From a virus (Duplodnaviria; Caudoviricetes), in IMG/VR virus record IMGVR_UViG_3300021959_007005: 64,000 nucleotides of DNA, one strand, 5' to 3'. Both the position numbers and the translations under genes were made by a program. This document shows positions 37,604-47,005 of the stretch, piece after piece. Every line of letters starts with the position of its first letter. The first letter of the stretch is position 1. The notes beneath the pieces were generated by a model. It made no database searches, was not told the origin of the DNA, and saw only the letters and a list, made by a program, of their open reading frames with translations.

Positions 37604-38313
37604 ATATTAGTGCAGAGGAGTTAGTTGCGTTGGCAGGATCTATAAAAAATACTCCTGGTGCATTTAAGTGCGAATACTGTAATAAAAGTTTTAAAAGAGA
37701 AGGAACTATGTTAGCTCATAGTTGTGAGAAAAAGAGGCGTTGGCAACAAAAAGACGATAAGGAAACACTTGCAGGGTTTTCAGCATTTGATTTATTTTAT
37801 CGTATTAGTATGGGAAGCAAAGGAAAAGATTACAAGTCTTTTGTAGATAGCCAATACTATACAGCGTTTATTAAATACGGAAACTGGTGCTATAATAGTA
37901 ATGTTATTGATATTGAAGCATATACTAGATGGCTAATAAATAAAGAAGTTAAATTACGTGATTGGGCAAGTGAACGTTTTTATTTAATGTTTATCAAAGA
38001 CTTTGTTAAACGTGAAAGTGTAGAACGTGCATTAGAACGTTTTGTTGAGTATGCTATAGCCACTGGGTACTTTGAAGAATTTTGGGAACGTGCAAGCGGT
38101 TACTTAATTGCAGATTGGATCGAGGGTGGAAAAATATCTCCTTGGATTATAATATGTAGTCAACGAGCACAAACCGCACTAGGTAATATGCCAAGTGAAT
38201 GTTTCGAGAGAATTGCCAATTGTATAGATGCAGATTATTGGGGGAATAAAAGAACAATGAATCCTAAAGATGCATATTTTGTAGAAGAAATGATAGATGG
38301 AATTAAATTTTAA
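37600..38313 (+). CDS. C2H2-type zinc-finger protein
   Basis: FKCEYCNKSFKREGTMLAHSCE. Confidence 0.7.
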   Translation: MNISAEELVALAGSIKNTPGAFKCEYCNKSFKREGTMLAHSCEKKRRWQQKDDKETLAGFSAFDLFYRISMGSKGKDYKSFVDSQYYTAFIKYGNWCYNSNVIDIEAYTRWLINKEVKLRDWASERFYLMFIKDFVKRESVERALERFVEYAIATGYFEEFWERASGYLIADWIEGGKISPWIIICSQRAQTALGNMPSECFERIANCIDADYWGNKRTMNPKDAYFVEEMIDGIKF

Positions 38314-38867
38314 TGGATATTGATATTGATTTTGCAGATAGACAGTTAGCGTTAGATGTTCTTAGGAACACACCAGCTAGGCTTAAGAACAAAAAACATA
38401 ATACAGGTGTGTACTTTCATAATGTTCCAACAGATCCATTTACTGGCTTGTGTACTGTTGAACACACAAAAGCAGACGAAGCTGGATTTTTTAAACTTGA
38501 TATGTTAAATGTCAGTATATATAAAGACGTCAAAGATGATGACCACTTGACGCATTTAATAGAAAGGGAAACAGTATGGCAACTACTGGAGCACAAGGAC
38601 TTCGTCGACAAAGTATTTCATCTGTCAGGGCACGATATGCTCTTAAAACAATTGAAGCCGCAATCGGTAGAACAATTGGCGGCAGCACTAGCGATTATAC
38701 GACCAGCGAAAAGACACCTGGCAAGCAAGCCTTGGCCGTATATAATGGAACACGTTTGGCTAAAGCCAAAAAATAATGACTATTATTTTAAAAAAGCCCA
38801 TGCAGTAAGTTATGCAATGGCAGTTATCGTGCATATAAATCTTATATGCGAACAGTTAGGATATTAA
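38313..38867 (+). CDS. Miniature DNA polymerase III alpha (DnaE)-like catalytic core
   Basis: DIDIDF, KHNTGVY, FKLDML, FKKAHAVSYA. Confidence 0.85.
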   Translation: MDIDIDFADRQLALDVLRNTPARLKNKKHNTGVYFHNVPTDPFTGLCTVEHTKADEAGFFKLDMLNVSIYKDVKDDDHLTHLIERETVWQLLEHKDFVDKVFHLSGHDMLLKQLKPQSVEQLAAALAIIRPAKRHLASKPWPYIMEHVWLKPKNNDYYFKKAHAVSYAMAVIVHINLICEQLGY

Positions 38868-38868
38868 T

Positions 38869-39630
38869 ATGGATCAAACTAGATTTGTAGATGACATCAA
38901 TGATGTGGGGTTCACTGTACATCAAGATGTGTTTGATAAAGATTGTATTTCTGAACTCAATCAATACGCAAGTACATTTGCACCTGAGCGTGGACATACA
39001 AAAGATTTAAAGTGGTGGGGCTGGAATCAGATTTCTGAACAAATTGAAAAAGGTAAAGATCCACATAACGAAATTGATTGGGCTTACTTCTGGACAGCTG
39101 AACCCAAGGGCAACAATTTTATTGACAATATTATTAAGCCTGAGTTAGGTAAATGTGCAGATGCTGCATTTGGAGAAAATAATTGGGAATGGTATATGTG
39201 TGACTTTATTGTGTTACATCCTGGCATGAACTTTATTAGGCCACACATTGATACACCGTATAGGTTTAAAGAATTTAAATATGCAAAAGGATTATTAGGA
39301 TTACAGTTTATGGTAATGCTATGTGATTTCACACCGGATAATGGTGCAACTGGTTATGTTCCTGGATCACACAAATACATTTATGATTATTATCAAGACC
39401 TATATGTAAAAAATGCACATTTTGATATATTCTTTCAGGATAATTATAAACAACATACTGCACCTAAAGGAAGTTTTGTATGCTGGCATCCACGAGTTTT
39501 GCACAGTAGTATGCCCAATAAATCGGATGGCATCCGACGTGGATTGCTTCTACATGCTGCTGAAAAACAGACTGCTAGACATCTTAAAACAGTTGATCCT
39601 CAAAAGAATCAGAGTTTGCGTACTAGCTGA
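38869..39630 (+). CDS. Phytanoyl-CoA dioxygenase (PhyH)-family 2OG-Fe(II) oxygenase
   Basis: HIDTPY, DFTPDNGATGYVPGSH, LHSSMPN.S..RR. Confidence 0.88.
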   Translation: MDQTRFVDDINDVGFTVHQDVFDKDCISELNQYASTFAPERGHTKDLKWWGWNQISEQIEKGKDPHNEIDWAYFWTAEPKGNNFIDNIIKPELGKCADAAFGENNWEWYMCDFIVLHPGMNFIRPHIDTPYRFKEFKYAKGLLGLQFMVMLCDFTPDNGATGYVPGSHKYIYDYYQDLYVKNAHFDIFFQDNYKQHTAPKGSFVCWHPRVLHSSMPNKSDGIRRGLLLHAAEKQTARHLKTVDPQKNQSLRTS

Positions 39631-39989
39631 ATATTTCTTCGTTTAATACGTTTTTGTATGATGTTACTTAAACTTATTATTGGACCGTGCATAACTTCAA
39701 AATCTTTACCGCTAAATGTAACTAGTGAACTCCTATAATGTTCAAATGCTGATTTAAAAATAATGTTAATGGGGATCATTCTATTTGTTCCCCACCACCA
39801 TTCGTCTCCTAGATCTAAAAAATTTTGTTTAAGTTCTAGAGTTTTAATTTTATTATAATCATACATACTAGCTAAGTTATTGTCAATATTTTGAATAATT
39901 CCGATATATTCATTTCCACCATATTTAACTAGCGTTAAAAATGGAAAATCGTCTAATAAGTGTTGATACTTTATTGGTATTTGGCTCAT
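39609..39989 (-). CDS. Conserved hypothetical protein
   Basis: Start re-called to ATG 39989, downstream of TAAGTA; FPFLT..Y.G.EY.GII and WWW..NR.IPINI. Confidence 0.65.
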   Translation of the reverse strand: MSQIPIKYQHLLDDFPFLTLVKYGGNEYIGIIQNIDNNLASMYDYNKIKTLELKQNFLDLGDEWWWGTNRMIPINIIFKSAFEHYRSSLVTFSGKDFEVMHGPIISLSNIIQKRIKRRNIQLVRKL

Positions 39990-40021
39990 ACTAATACTTA
40001 GCACATAAATAATAGTGGAGA

Positions 40022-40807
40022 ATGTCAATGAGTTATCAAGCAACAGCATACAAATATAATCAAAGAGGCGAAGTATTCGTTCCTAATAGAACAGGTACAA
40101 CATATAATATACCTAGCAATCATAAAAATTTTATAGTTTACGCAGGTTATGATTCTGATATAGAATTTTTTGTAATTGGATCTGACAGAAAGCCAGTTGA
40201 TGTTAACAATATAACATTAAATGTAAAAATTATTCATCGTACAAGCCGTGTCGTAGTACTTACAAAAGCACTACAAATTACTTCTTATGAAGATGGACGA
40301 GCTTTATTAAAATTAACCGCAGCCGAAACATCAATACTTGGGTCTGCATTATATGATATGGTATTAACATTCACAGATAGTGCAAATAGAACATTTAGTA
40401 TGCAAAGCGATCAAAATAACAGAATTGGTTATGTATTAGAAAGTAAATTAAATCCAGCGGCTGGTGCTAGAACTACTGTGGAAAATACTTTTTTTGCTTC
40501 CAATGGTAATGAGTATTGGGGAGGGGATCTTGCTTCAACAACTCAATCTTTTAATACCATTGGTAACCAGAATATGGTAGTTTCTTCAACTTCTTATACT
40601 GGCGTACTAAAAGTACAAGCTACGTTAGCTCCAACTCCACAACCAGCTGATTGGCTTGATGTTCCAAATATCAATGATACATTAACTTCATTTACTGGGG
40701 ATACATTATTTCAATGGACGGGAAGATATGCATGGGTTCGATTAGTTCATACTCCTGATTCAGAAAATAATACAGGAACAGTTGACAAAGTAACTTATTC
40801 AAACTAG
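40022..40807 (+). CDS. Beta-rich virion structural protein (baseplate/BppU-like)
   Basis: TAAATA at 40006; Ig-like strand pattern. Confidence 0.5.
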   Translation: MSMSYQATAYKYNQRGEVFVPNRTGTTYNIPSNHKNFIVYAGYDSDIEFFVIGSDRKPVDVNNITLNVKIIHRTSRVVVLTKALQITSYEDGRALLKLTAAETSILGSALYDMVLTFTDSANRTFSMQSDQNNRIGYVLESKLNPAAGARTTVENTFFASNGNEYWGGDLASTTQSFNTIGNQNMVVSSTSYTGVLKVQATLAPTPQPADWLDVPNINDTLTSFTGDTLFQWTGRYAWVRLVHTPDSENNTGTVDKVTYSN

Positions 40808-40816
40808 AATACAACT

Positions 40817-41833
40817 ATGGAAGTATTAACTTTTTTAAAGCAACAGATACCGTCTGGCTGGAAACAAACTCCTAGTGGGTGGATAAGTGGCAACTGTACC
40901 ATGTGTAATAAACGTGGGCATAGTCCAGATAAGCGCAAACGTGGCGGTATTATATTCAGTGAAGATAAGTTTAGCTATAATTGTTTTAACTGTGGCTTTA
41001 AAACTGGCTGGAGTGTTGGGTCACGTATTGGTGATAAACTTGCTGAATTACTACAAACATTTGGTACAGACATGGCTCAGATTCAGCGTGTTAACTTTGA
41101 AATACTTAAACAGGAAAAAGAATCAGATATAGCTGGACAATTTTTAAATACACAAAAAGAAAAAGTTGTTTGTCTAGATTGGCAGTTAAAAGATTTGCCC
41201 ATGGATGCAGTTCGTATTGGTGAGGTTGATGTCGCTAAGTTAAATGATGATAAGTTAGATAAATTAACCCGAGCATGCACTTATCTAGTAGAACGTGGCC
41301 TGGATCATTATGAACATTGGTATTGGTCTCCACATATGCATTTTGCAAGTAGAGTAATTTTACCATTTTATTATAAAGGAAAGATAGTAGGATACACAGC
41401 AAGATGGTGTGGGAACGATCGACCAGATAAAATGCCAAAATACTATAACCAAATGCCTAGTAATTTTGTATATAATTTGGATGAGCAAGAAAAACATCAA
41501 TATGTTATTGTAACAGAAGGACAACTTGATGCACTTCAAGTTGGCGGAGTTGCGCTAGCTGGAAACACACCTAATGACACGCAATGCGCTATTATTAATC
41601 AATTAGGTAAACAAGTTGTGTTGTTGCCAGATTTTGACGCTGCTGGTAAAGAAACAATTGAAATAGCAATTAAACACGGCTGGGCTGTAAGTTTTCCTCC
41701 CTGGGAAGATGTTAAAGATGCATGTGATGCAGTAAACAAATATGGAAGATTATTCACAGTTAGGAGTGTATTAGAAAGTGTCGAGACAAGTAGCACGAAG
41801 ATTAAGATCTTGGCAAAGTCAAGATGCAAATAG
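40817..41833 (+). CDS. DNA primase (gp61-like)
   Basis: CTMC..RGG..YNCFNCG zinc finger; TOPRIM VTEGQLDA and PDFD.AG. Confidence 0.92.
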   Translation: MEVLTFLKQQIPSGWKQTPSGWISGNCTMCNKRGHSPDKRKRGGIIFSEDKFSYNCFNCGFKTGWSVGSRIGDKLAELLQTFGTDMAQIQRVNFEILKQEKESDIAGQFLNTQKEKVVCLDWQLKDLPMDAVRIGEVDVAKLNDDKLDKLTRACTYLVERGLDHYEHWYWSPHMHFASRVILPFYYKGKIVGYTARWCGNDRPDKMPKYYNQMPSNFVYNLDEQEKHQYVIVTEGQLDALQVGGVALAGNTPNDTQCAIINQLGKQVVLLPDFDAAGKETIEIAIKHGWAVSFPPWEDVKDACDAVNKYGRLFTVRSVLESVETSSTKIKILAKSRCK

Positions 41834-42083
41834 TATAGAGTATTTAGATATGAAACATGTTAGTGCGTACACTGATTTACAAAGTTGTTGGACTAAATAT
41901 TTTGCTTGGTTACCAAAGCGTAGCAATGGTAACGACAAGTTTATTTGGTTGACATCTTACTACGAATACGCTATAACTATGGATATGAATGGCGCAGTGC
42001 CAATTAAAGGCACCGCTTGGCGGATGATCTATACTCGGGAAGAATACATCACAAAGAAGTTGCAAGGAGATATGAATGAGTGA
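41778..42083 (+). CDS. Hypothetical protein (true start uncertain)
   Basis: ORF track; W..FAWLP...K.IWL..YY motif. Confidence 0.5.
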   Translation: MSRQVARRLRSWQSQDANSIEYLDMKHVSAYTDLQSCWTKYFAWLPKRSNGNDKFIWLTSYYEYAITMDMNGAVPIKGTAWRMIYTREEYITKKLQGDMNE

Positions 42084-43470
42084 AGATTACAGCGCAGACC
42101 TACAACAGTTATACTTGGAGTTCTTATTGGCTGACAAGGATCTGTTTGTGCGGTGTAATGCTATCTTAGAAAGCAGTTACTTTGACAGACAATTCAGAGA
42201 CACAGTAGATTTTATACAAAAACATGCAGATGAATACAACGATGTTCCCATGCTAGAGCAAGTTAAAGGCGTAGCTGGTGTTGAAATATCTGATGTGCGA
42301 GACAAACTAACCACAGAACATAAAAATTGGTTTATGGATAACTTTGAACAGTTCTGTAGACACAAAGCGTTGGAAGCAGCAATTCTAAAAAGTGCTGATA
42401 TGTTAGAGAACAAAGAGTATGGTACAGTAGAAGGCATCATCAAAGCGGCAACAGAGATTGGACTTGCTAAGAACTTTGGTACAAACTATTGGGATGATCC
42501 TGCAGGACGCATTCAAAGCATCAAAGACAACAGAGGACAGAATAGTAGTGGCTGGGAGACATTTGATAGAGTATTGTATGGTGGATTTAATCCAGGCGAA
42601 TTAAACATCTTTGCAGGTGGTAGTGGTAGTGGTAAGAGTTTGTTTATGCAGAACTTAGCACTAAACTGGGCGTTGCAAGGTAAAAACGTTGTGTACATCA
42701 GTTTAGAACTTAGTGAAGAACTGTGTGCTATGAGATTGGATGCTATGCTTACAGGCATGAGCACCAAAGACGTAATGAAGAATAGTAGCGATGTTGAGTT
42801 ACAAGTTAAGATGGCCAGTAAGAAAGCAGGTAAACTACAAGTAATACAAATGAAGAATGGTACTACTGTTAACGACATCAAAGCATACATGAGAGAATAT
42901 CAGATACAGCACAACTTGCATGTTGATGCACTACTGGTTGACTATTTGGATCTTATGATGCCAGTTACAGTTAAAGTTAATCCAAGCGATCAATTTATTA
43001 AAGATAAATTTGTTAGTGAAGAATTGCGCAATTTAGCAACTGAGCTGGGCATATTATTTGTAACTGCATCACAGTTAAACCGTGGTGCTGTTGATGAGAT
43101 TGAATTTGATCATAGCCATATTGCTGGAGGTATTAGTAAGATCAATACAGCAGATAACTTAATTGGTATCTTTAGTAGCAGGCCAATGCGAGAGCGTGGT
43201 AGAGTACAAATACAATTTATGAAAACACGTAGTAGTAGTGGAGTTGGTAGTAAACTAGATTTATCGTTTAATATTGATAGTTTACGGATACAGGATTTAG
43301 ATGAAAGTGAACGTGATGATCCAAATAGTGACACTACAAGCATATATCAAAAATTAAAAACAAAATCAACTATTGAAGCAGGGGAAAGCGTAACAGAAAA
43401 TAATATGACAGCTGATCCACAAATAAATCCAACTGACAGACTTAAAAGTTTATTAAGAAAGAGCGAGTAA
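42076..43470 (+). CDS. Replicative DnaB-like helicase (gp41-like)
   Basis: GGSGSGKS, ISLELSE, VDYLDL, TASQLNR, QFMKTR. Confidence 0.95.
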   Translation: MSEDYSADLQQLYLEFLLADKDLFVRCNAILESSYFDRQFRDTVDFIQKHADEYNDVPMLEQVKGVAGVEISDVRDKLTTEHKNWFMDNFEQFCRHKALEAAILKSADMLENKEYGTVEGIIKAATEIGLAKNFGTNYWDDPAGRIQSIKDNRGQNSSGWETFDRVLYGGFNPGELNIFAGGSGSGKSLFMQNLALNWALQGKNVVYISLELSEELCAMRLDAMLTGMSTKDVMKNSSDVELQVKMASKKAGKLQVIQMKNGTTVNDIKAYMREYQIQHNLHVDALLVDYLDLMMPVTVKVNPSDQFIKDKFVSEELRNLATELGILFVTASQLNRGAVDEIEFDHSHIAGGISKINTADNLIGIFSSRPMRERGRVQIQFMKTRSSSGVGSKLDLSFNIDSLRIQDLDESERDDPNSDTTSIYQKLKTKSTIEAGESVTENNMTADPQINPTDRLKSLLRKSE

Positions 43471-43471
43471 T

Positions 43472-43873
43472 ATGAGATTGATCAGCAACACTGAACTAGA
43501 TTTACTTAATAATGATCCAGTAAGACCTCATATTAATAAAATAGACATAGGTAAACAAGTATATGTATTAGATGACTTGACAGCCGTAATATGTATATGC
43601 TACTGTACGGGCATACCAACTAATGAGTTAGAGTTGGAAGAATATCGTGACGATACTGGAACGGTTGCAGTAGCATATACCGTATGGAGTAGTAAAAAAG
43701 GTGCAGGTAGAACCATCGTTAATAATTTATTGGGTATAGTAAAGGAAAAACATGTAAAAAAATTGGTTACATTAAGCCCATTAACAGATATGGCGGAACA
43801 TTTTCATATTAGTAATGGTGCAAAGTTAATTGGCAAAAGTGATACTTGCCAAAACTTTGAATACGCAGTTTAG
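43472..43873 (+). CDS. GNAT-like hypothetical protein
   Basis: YTVWSSKKGAGR acetyl-CoA-loop-like motif, TLSP..A..FH..NGA. Confidence 0.5.
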   Translation: MRLISNTELDLLNNDPVRPHINKIDIGKQVYVLDDLTAVICICYCTGIPTNELELEEYRDDTGTVAVAYTVWSSKKGAGRTIVNNLLGIVKEKHVKKLVTLSPLTDMAEHFHISNGAKLIGKSDTCQNFEYAV

Positions 43874-44043
43874 TGTTGAAGCAAAGGTGCAGTGTACCTT
43901 ATCTTTTATATATGTGGTCCTGAACTATTAACCTGTAGTAGGCCAATTTAAGCGTTGGTGAATTAATCTTATCGTTAACGGATCCTATGTTCTAATACCA
44001 GTTTCTGCAATTGCCATAAGTGCTAATCACCAATGCCTCAACT
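43872..44043 (-). ncRNA. Candidate late-expressed structured ncRNA, about 170 nt
   Basis: Minus-strand TAAATA at 44054-44049; terminal stem GTTGAGGCA/TGCTTCAAC; further stems TTGGTGA/TCACCAA, CTTAT/ATAAG, ATTGGCCT/AGGTTAAT and AAGGT/ACCTT; G-U pairs favour the minus strand; no ORF. Confidence 0.65.
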
Positions 44044-44081
44044 AAACTTATTTAACTTAACTTTAACTAAATAGTGTTACA

Positions 44082-44321
44082 ATGAAAAGAAAAACTAGAT
44101 CTTTACTGGAAGAAATTAATTCTATGTCACCCAAGCGTGACAAGAAGCAAATTGTTGAGAGTAATGCACAACAAGTAATTGGTACAGCAATACATCTTAT
44201 TGATTTAATAAATGAATCGTTCGACGAAGAAACAGCTAACGACCTTAACAAACGTTTAATTAACAGTATTAGGGCAAAAGACCCACGTAAGTTTCAACGA
44301 GGTATTGGTAAAGTATTATGA
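44082..44321 (+). CDS. Hypothetical late protein
   Basis: TAAATA at 44068, ATG 8 nt downstream. Confidence 0.65.
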   Translation: MKRKTRSLLEEINSMSPKRDKKQIVESNAQQVIGTAIHLIDLINESFDEETANDLNKRLINSIRAKDPRKFQRGIGKVL

Positions 44322-45151
44322 AAGTATCTGATATAATTGTTGGCGAAAAGTCACGTAAAATACGTAACAAGCGCCAAGTAAGAATTAATGGAAATAGTTT
44401 ACTGGCTAAAAGTGGTAAACATGCTATTAAACGTCTTAGTGAAAAAAATGCAATACCTGGTTCACTAGAAGTACCACATGAAATTATGCCAAGTTTGGTA
44501 AAAATAATTAACAGCGTTCTAGCAAAAACCAATAGCACAGGCATACCCATTGGAAGTGGCGCAACTCCTATACCCGGAGAGACCAGTGGTGATATAGACA
44601 TAATTGTTGATGTTAATGATCTTAAAAAGCACTTTAAGATGGAAGACCAAACTGATGGAGTTATTAGAAAAAAGCTAAAACAATTATTTGATTTAGCTGG
44701 ATTTCAAACAGTACAAACTGGTGTTATTGTTCATGTTGGACTTAACGTAAAAGGTAACTTATATCAAGCAGATGTTATGGTTGTACCTAATGCAGCCAAT
44801 GCGGCACAATTTCATACACACAATATTCCAAAAGGCAGTCCTTTCAAAGGTACTAACAAGCATCAGCTGCTGAGTATTATTGCTAGAGAAAAAGGTATGC
44901 TGTGGAGTAACTATGTTGGATTGTTTAAACGTTTACCAAACGGTAAAAAAGATCCCAACGGATTTATTACCAGTGATATTAATAAAATTGCACAATTATT
45001 ATTGGGTCCAAACGCAAAACCACTTGACATGGGGAGCGTAGAAGCTATAGTATCAGCATTAGGCGATGCAGGACAAGACCTGTTAGCAAACATTAGAGCA
45101 AATGATCCTAACTGGAAAGAAAAAACTAATGAGACTGCAATCAATCCTTAA
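44318..45151 (+). CDS. Pol-beta-superfamily nucleotidyltransferase
   Basis: IGSG..SGDIDIIVD (hGS..DxD motif) and a third Asp in YQADVMVV. Confidence 0.8.
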   Translation: MKVSDIIVGEKSRKIRNKRQVRINGNSLLAKSGKHAIKRLSEKNAIPGSLEVPHEIMPSLVKIINSVLAKTNSTGIPIGSGATPIPGETSGDIDIIVDVNDLKKHFKMEDQTDGVIRKKLKQLFDLAGFQTVQTGVIVHVGLNVKGNLYQADVMVVPNAANAAQFHTHNIPKGSPFKGTNKHQLLSIIAREKGMLWSNYVGLFKRLPNGKKDPNGFITSDINKIAQLLLGPNAKPLDMGSVEAIVSALGDAGQDLLANIRANDPNWKEKTNETAINP

Positions 45152-46211
45152 AGAATCTACCTCTAAAGGTAGAGAGTATAATCATTTAGAAGACCTTGTA
45201 TTTTTTGAAGGATCCAGTGGTGCATTTAAAGCAGCACAGTTACTAACACGTCTTGGACAGGATACTGGTGATGTTAGTATTAAATGGGATGGCAGTCCAA
45301 CTATATTTTGGGGACGTCAACCAAATGGTACATTTGTATTAGTAGGCAAAAATGGTTGGGGTAAGCGTATGAGTACCACACCAGAAGATTTATCAGATTA
45401 TATTTTAAATACTGGAAAAGGTGAAGATTGGCGTAAAGAATTTGCAGCAGGCATGAGTTCTCTTTTTGCTATTATGGAAGATAGTACTCCTGCTGATATG
45501 CGTGGATATGTGTATGGAGATCTATTGTTCCATCCAGGAAAGCCAGCAGTTAAAAATAAAGATAGTATAACATTTAAGCCTAATAATGTAACATATACTG
45601 TTGACAGTCAAAGCCCATTGGGACAAAAAATGTCTAAAAGTAGTGTTTGTGTAGTAGTACATACTTGGCATGATGCATTTGGTGACAAGGTTGGAACACC
45701 AATTAAAGCACCAAAAAAACTTAATAGTGAGTTAGTAACAGTATTAGGACAAACATATGTTACCCAAACTCCTGCTATAGATACTAGTGCAGTTGAAAAT
45801 ATTGTAAACACAACACGAAACAATAGCACTAAGATTGATAATTGGCTAGCACCAGAACAAGGATTGAGTAGGAAAGATCAAATACTTTATACCTATGTTA
45901 ATCAAATGACTAAGATGGGCAAACTAGACCAGATACGTAGTGGATTTTTTGATTGGCTTAAACAAAGTAAAGTAAGTCCAGGCCAACAAACTAAGTTAAT
46001 GTCTAATGACAGTCAAGGACTTGATATTATATTAGATTTAGTTGCACAAATACAGACAGCAAAAAATAATATAATTGATCAATTAGATGCTACTAGCACT
46101 GATGTTAAAGCAGTGACTGGTAATAAGCCAGGCGGCGAAGGATATGTAGTTACTAGGGATAAAATTAAGCTAGTACCTAGAGATAGATGGACACCAGTTC
46201 AAGTTGGATAA
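45129..46211 (+). CDS. RNA-ligase/covalent nucleotidyltransferase-like protein (probably DUF6267-type)
   Basis: Start re-called to ATG 45129; NHLED; motif I KWDG, YVYGDLL, motif IV GEGYVV, motif V KLV. Confidence 0.7.
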   Translation: MRLQSILKESTSKGREYNHLEDLVFFEGSSGAFKAAQLLTRLGQDTGDVSIKWDGSPTIFWGRQPNGTFVLVGKNGWGKRMSTTPEDLSDYILNTGKGEDWRKEFAAGMSSLFAIMEDSTPADMRGYVYGDLLFHPGKPAVKNKDSITFKPNNVTYTVDSQSPLGQKMSKSSVCVVVHTWHDAFGDKVGTPIKAPKKLNSELVTVLGQTYVTQTPAIDTSAVENIVNTTRNNSTKIDNWLAPEQGLSRKDQILYTYVNQMTKMGKLDQIRSGFFDWLKQSKVSPGQQTKLMSNDSQGLDIILDLVAQIQTAKNNIIDQLDATSTDVKAVTGNKPGGEGYVVTRDKIKLVPRDRWTPVQVG

Positions 46212-46219
46212 ATATTATT

Positions 46220-47005
46220 ATGGAAAAATATACAGCAAAACAATGGTCTGAAATTCAAGGTGGACATACTATGTCCAATAATCAAGAAACTAAATTTGGA
46301 TTTATATCAAACCTTAATGAAAGTAGAATGTATCGTACTAAGCAAAGCGTAGTTGGTACTAATGCCAGAGATATGGCAGATTTTGCTTTTATGAATATGT
46401 TAGCTGTTTATATTCTAAGTAAAGAATACGATTTTGCTCCAGCTATGCAAGGATATGCTAAACGTACTATGATGTTTGGTAATTTTTCTGCATATAGACA
46501 GACTGGTACAGATCTATATATTGCTCTTAATAGCCTACAAAATAATAGTAGCGGTACTAGCGATAAAGATAAAATACAAAATAATAAAATTAGTTTGCCT
46601 GATCAAAAAATTAAAGTATTTTTAAGACAAATAATGACTGGCAGACCAGTGTTGAACCCATCAGCATTTTTTCTTGCATTAGAACGAGGACTTGATATAC
46701 AAAGTTCTAACTATAGAAGTGTTAGAAGATTAGCACAAGACTGGGACAGATTAAACGGTATGCAAAAAAGTTTAGTAGTTACTCGAATGTTACAGTTTTT
46801 TAGAGCTAAAGCATTGCGCAGTGAGCTATACACATATATAAGAGATATGTCAAGAACACAGGGCTTAGAAATTAAAGGTGCAGGTAATGCAGAAGACCCC
46901 AAAGCAAGAGGAGTTGACACACTTAAAAGTGTAGCAGCAAATGTTGCTGTGGCGGCTGGGGGGTTTGCTGCTGGTAGAGCATTTGGTAGACGTATAGCCA
47001 AATAA
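46220..47005 (+). CDS. Hypothetical late protein
   Basis: TAAATA at 46209, ATG 46220. Confidence 0.65.
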   Translation: MEKYTAKQWSEIQGGHTMSNNQETKFGFISNLNESRMYRTKQSVVGTNARDMADFAFMNMLAVYILSKEYDFAPAMQGYAKRTMMFGNFSAYRQTGTDLYIALNSLQNNSSGTSDKDKIQNNKISLPDQKIKVFLRQIMTGRPVLNPSAFFLALERGLDIQSSNYRSVRRLAQDWDRLNGMQKSLVVTRMLQFFRAKALRSELYTYIRDMSRTQGLEIKGAGNAEDPKARGVDTLKSVAANVAVAAGGFAAGRAFGRRIAK

